A stretch of DNA of 64,000 bases from Eledone cirrhosa (taxonomy: Eukaryota), in contig OZ024743.1 of NCBI GenBank assembly GCA_964016885.1, positions 10,416,001 to 10,480,000 on the forward strand, in the 5' to 3' direction. Of the stretch, positions 59,534-64,000 are shown piece by piece (within the stretch, counting starts at the first letter, position 1; each line of letters opens with the position of its first letter). A program made the translations under genes and the position numbers. The notes under the pieces were generated by a model. That model had not been told where the DNA came from, searched no databases, and saw nothing but the letters and a program-made list of their open reading frames with translations.

Positions 59534-60958
59534 TATATATATTTTAAAATACTTAAAGAGTATATTGAAAGGCTCATGGTTTTAGGGAAAATAAAATACA
59601 ATCTAACACTGTGTAAATTTAGTGTGTAAATGTAACTGCAAAAATAGGCAAAAATTATAAAGATTAGTATACTTTTCTGTATTGCTGATGTTATATAAAG
59701 TCTGATGATGGAATGTCTTATCAAAGAATTTTAAGGTATTAAAAACGAAAGAAAGAAGATAAAATCATTCGAGAATACAGGACACTCTTCTATGATTTTC
59801 TTTATTTCCTTTTAGATGTTCTCAGTAAGCTGGTTTCACAACCAATTGAAACTGCCCTTACTTCAGTAATATTTCTAATGCTCTTGAGAAAAATATGTCT
59901 TTCATGACTTTTTCTTTTATCTTCACTTGAAATATCTGGCTTTTAGTCAATGCGAGAAACAATATTATCATCAATCTAATGTCAGACTTGGTATTTTATG
60001 GGATCCAAAATGTCATTCTTTTCACTACTTTTAACATCAAATTCTCAGAATAACTATTTTTCTATTCAGCCCATTGTAACACATGTAGTAGTAATATTTG
60101 TTTAACTCATTTGTTTTGTAAGTTTGTTTAACTCATATCTTCTTATATAAAAATATATAGCTATCATTCCAAGCAGAGTGTGTTTTATTTTAACTAGCAC
60201 TTTTCTGTTTTCTGTGCTGAAAGCATGCATAGCATATCTCTCTTTAATTGTTCAACTATTCATTTGTTTATATATTTATTTATCTGTCCATCTCCAATTT
60301 ATCTCACTAACCTTTTATTAACTAACTAATCCCAACACACTTGCAAAAGCACTTAGTAAGTGATCTCATCATCATAGTACACCCAACCAGACCACTTTTC
60401 ATCTCTCACAACACTTTGTTAAATTCTATAACACTTGTCATACACCCATGACATCATATTTATCACCCTCTCTTCAACTGTCACCATTTATTGCATATCC
60501 CTCACATTATATTTATCATCCTCTTTTCACCCGCTAAACATGGGGACAAATCATCCTCACCCATCCCACATACATTAGAGAGGGCTCTTCAGTTGAGTCT
60601 GTGCCATGACTAAAAGTGTTCCAAATGCTGGTGCTATGGTAAAAAGCACATAGTATGCTTTGTAAAATTGTTGATTATTGAGAGGGTATTTAAACAAAGA
60701 AGACATACCAAAAAAAGGGTTGAAAGGACTCTTCAATCGCATAAGTCATGCATCCTCTTTATTAAAGGTGTCATGAAAAATGCACCCACTCTTTAATGTG
60801 GGTGGCATTTAGAAAGGGTACTCAGTGTTTGTTGTAGGTATAGAGGTTTTATTTAAATCAAATCTGTTTTGAAACTATTCAAATTTCACACTGCGATCAT
60901 AATGACATGAGACTTGACTAGCAAAAATGAAAATTCGGTTCAAATAGTATATATATAT

Positions 60959-63474
60959 ATCATCATCATCATTTTATGTCCGCTCCGCAAGGGTGGGACG
61001 GGTCTTATTCAGCACAGCATCTCTCCACTCGTCACAGTCCTTCGTCATCTCCACCGTGAGCTTCAACAATTTGAGGTCTGTTCTCACCACCTCCGCCCAT
61101 GTTTTTCATGGTCTACCTCTACCACGTCTTCAACTGGCATTTCCTGGCACTTCTTCACCCATTGGTCAACCTCCATGTGCATCACATGTCCATACCACCT
61201 CAGTCTCCTCTCCCATACACTACATTCTATCCCTCTCAGACACAGTTTCTCTCTCAACACATTCATGCTGGGTTGTTCACGCACATTTACACTGCACATC
61301 CAACAGAGCATGCTTGCCTCATTTCTCTCCAGCCGTTGCATATCCTCTACAGTTGCTGCCCATGTCTCACTACCATGCAGCATCGCGCTCCTCACACAGG
61401 CATCATACAACCGGCCTTTCGTACGCAGGGAGAAACCCTTCTTCGTCAGCAGAGGAAGCAGCTCCCTAAACTTCTTCCAAACTGCCCTCTGCCCTTATTC
61501 TAGATACTATGGCCTCGGAACAACCTCCTCCCATGCTAATCTGATCTTCTAGGTACCGGAAGCTATCCACCACTTCTATAGCACCCGCCTGCATTTGAAG
61601 AATGTGTCTATCAATGCGACTTCTACTGTCTAATTTCCCTGTACATCTACTGCATACATATTTCTCCCTACCTGTTAGTTTGCCTGCTATCCTGCTACAT
61701 CTCTTGTGTACCCAGGATCTGCATTGTGTGCATTTTATAGAATTTATGCCAGTTCCTTTTCTGCATATCGAACATGGTCATTTCCCTGATGGAATCAGAG
61801 TTTTGTCCTCTTTTCTACTCATCAACACCTTTGTCTTAGCTAGGTTCACTCTCAATCCTCTTGCTTCCAACTGCTGTTTCCATAGCCAGAATTTATTCTC
61901 TAGCTCCTCTACTGATTCTGCTATAAGAACCAGATCGTCAGCATAGAGAAGTTCCCATGGACAGCCAGTCTTAAACTCCTCTGTTATGGCTTGGAGGACT
62001 ATAATGAACAAGAGCGGGCTGAGGACCGAACCTTGATGTACTCCTACTTGTATCTGGAATTTCTCACTAAACTCCATTCCTACCCTGACTTTACTGAGAG
62101 TACCTCTGTACAAAGTTTGCACTGTCCTCACAAGCCATTCCTCAACACCTAGTTTCCTTAGGGACCACCAGATGACAGATCGGGGTACCCTATCAAAGGC
62201 CTTCTCTAGGTCAACAAAGGCTAAGTATAGTGGCTTATTTTTCTCTAAGAACCTCTCTTGGAATTGTCTCACCAAGGAGAGGGCATCTGTTGTACTCTTC
62301 CCAGGCACAAAAACAAACTGCATCTCATCTAGTTTGACCCTTTCTCTAATTAGTTGTGCTAATATCCTTTCTGCCACTTTCTGATCCATCAGTTTTATAC
62401 CCCTATAATTGCTCCTCTCCAGAGCATCCCCTTTACCTTTGTAGCAATTTATGAGAATACTGCTGCACCAGTCTTTGGGTATGACACCACCATATATAGC
62501 CTGATTGATGATGCGTGAAACCAGTTTAGTGCCTACGTCCCCTGATGCCTTCAGCATCTCACCAACTATTCCCGATGGTCCAGCAGCCTTACCATTTTTC
62601 ATTTCCTTAATCACCTCTTGGACCCTATATTCTTGAATCTCAATAGCTGGTCCCTCTGTTGGATCTACTAAGGGTAATTTCTCTCTCTCCCATTCGTTCT
62701 CCACATTCATTAGTCTCTCATAATGACATTTCCAGGCCTCCTTTTTCTGATCATTCATGACACTAAGTACACTGGCATCATTCCGGACACATTTATCTCC
62801 AACAACATCCTGATTTGCATTGACACACTGCTTTGCAATGTGGAACACCGCACGCCTCTGATCTTCCCGTCGCAGAACATTGGCAAACCTCCTACTCTCA
62901 ACCTCCCTGCGTGCTAAGTACACCTGACGTCTAGCTTCTCTCTTAGCGGCTGTATATTCTTCCCTACTCCCACCCTTTTTCCAAGCCTTCCATGCTAGTC
63001 TTTTGTCTCTAATGGCTTTATCTACTGTGTGGTTCCACCACCAGGTCACTCTCTGTCTGGTTGGAGCTCTGCTCCAGCCACAAGTTTCATCAGTAGCCTG
63101 CAGTAAGTTGTCACATAAGAAATTCCAGTTATTATCTATGTCATACGTCTCTAAATCGTCTTCTTTTTCGTCATATACATCTTGAAGGGCTTTCCTAAAT
63201 TTGTATTTTAGTGAAAGGTCTTTTAGCTTCCAGGCCTTTCTTCTCCACACTTTCCTGTATGTCTCATTCCATCTCTTGCTTACTGAGATATCACTAACGA
63301 CTAACCTATGCTGTGGGGTACATTCTTCCCCAGGGTATGCCTTGGTATTAGACACTATCTGCCTGTCCCACTGCCTAACTAGTAAGAAGTCAATCTGGCT
63401 TATGTGCTCGCCAGCTTTGTAGGTTATTACGTGATTGGCAGGTTTCTGGAAGTTTATGTTGCAAATAGTCAGTG
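60959..63474 (-). mobile_element. RTE family C, 5'-truncated in the APE domain, short 3'UTR
   Basis: End of APE (ITYK..SQIDFLLVR..EECTPQHRL), RT ORF 61778..63355 with YADD, PHD-like CSIC..CTQC..WVHKRC..CSRC, RLRWYGHV and a (CAT)n tail. Confidence 0.95.
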
Positions 63475-63530
63475 TGGAAGTTTGTGTTGCAAATAGTCAG
63501 TGTGGAAGTTTGTGTTGCAAATAGTCAGTG
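63447..63530. repeat. Three-copy 28-bp tandem repeat at the RTE 5' junction
   Basis: TGGAAGTTTRTGTTGCAAATAGTCAGTG at 63447, 63475 and 63503. Confidence 0.92.
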
Positions 63531-63730
63531 TATATATATATAGTATATATATATAGTATATATATATATATATAATTTAAATTATATATGTATATCATCA
63601 TCATCATCATCGTTTAACGTTCCATCTTCCACCCTTCCTGACTTGACCACTGCCACCTCACAGTTCTCAACCATTTTGAATTCCTGTTTGGCGGGGGCCA
63701 CTTTGGAAAATAATATGTCCTAGCGAGTTT

Positions 63731-63809
63731 GTCCCCTGAAGAGCTCTAAAACTCGAGTATTATCCTTAATAAGATATCTCAAAAGTGAACGAAACCCATG
63801 GGTCAGGAT
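63731..63809 (+). ncRNA. Type I hammerhead ribozyme-like motif with palindromic stem III
   Basis: GUCCC-CUGAAGA-GCUC-(40 nt)-GAAC-GAA-ACCCAUGGGU-C-AGGAU. GUC triplet at 63802-04, with one mismatch each in stems I and II. Confidence 0.6.
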
Positions 63810-64000
63810 TTAGTGATGTAATCCTGGTATGTATATAAGCATTTCTAACATTAATTTTTACCTAATTATGTATGGTTGACCGTATATTTAATTAATTTCC
63901 ACGTGCTGTTGAAATGTTGGATAAATATTCTATAGCGGTTGCACGCGAAGATGCCGCAATGGCGTATTTATTTACTGTTTCTTCATAGATGCCTTTTATT

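Overview
AT-rich, microsatellite-rich eukaryotic DNA, almost entirely transposon-derived. The repeat repertoire suggests an invertebrate, probably a cephalopod mollusc (inference). No host protein-coding gene could be identified, and most short ORFs in the track are antisense or microsatellite artefacts. Main contents: (1) at least three RTE-clade LINE families with (GAT)n tails, in four to five long 5'-truncated copies and many 3' fragments, all carrying a C4HC3 PHD-like finger inside the RT; (2) a pogo/Tc2-type DNA transposon (32329-39076, 25-bp TIRs, TA TSD) containing a Gypsy LTR element (32523-36650), which itself contains a SINE; (3) a near-intact Naiad-type Penelope-like element (52897-56406) with an inverted partial copy upstream (48450-52899) split by an RTE insertion; (4) two short non-autonomous Helitrons, CRE-type and R4/Dong-type LINE remnants, and tRNA-derived SINEs. 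The most interesting signals are hammerhead ribozymes with large structured stem-II insertions (56238-56356, 48674-48792, 63731-63809), a Gypsy element whose PBS position is complementary to its own LTR (self-priming) and whose RT reads YIDN, the PHD finger embedded in the RTE reverse transcriptases, and a stand-alone GIY-YIG ORF created by the Penelope inversion junction. All structures and alignments were read by eye.
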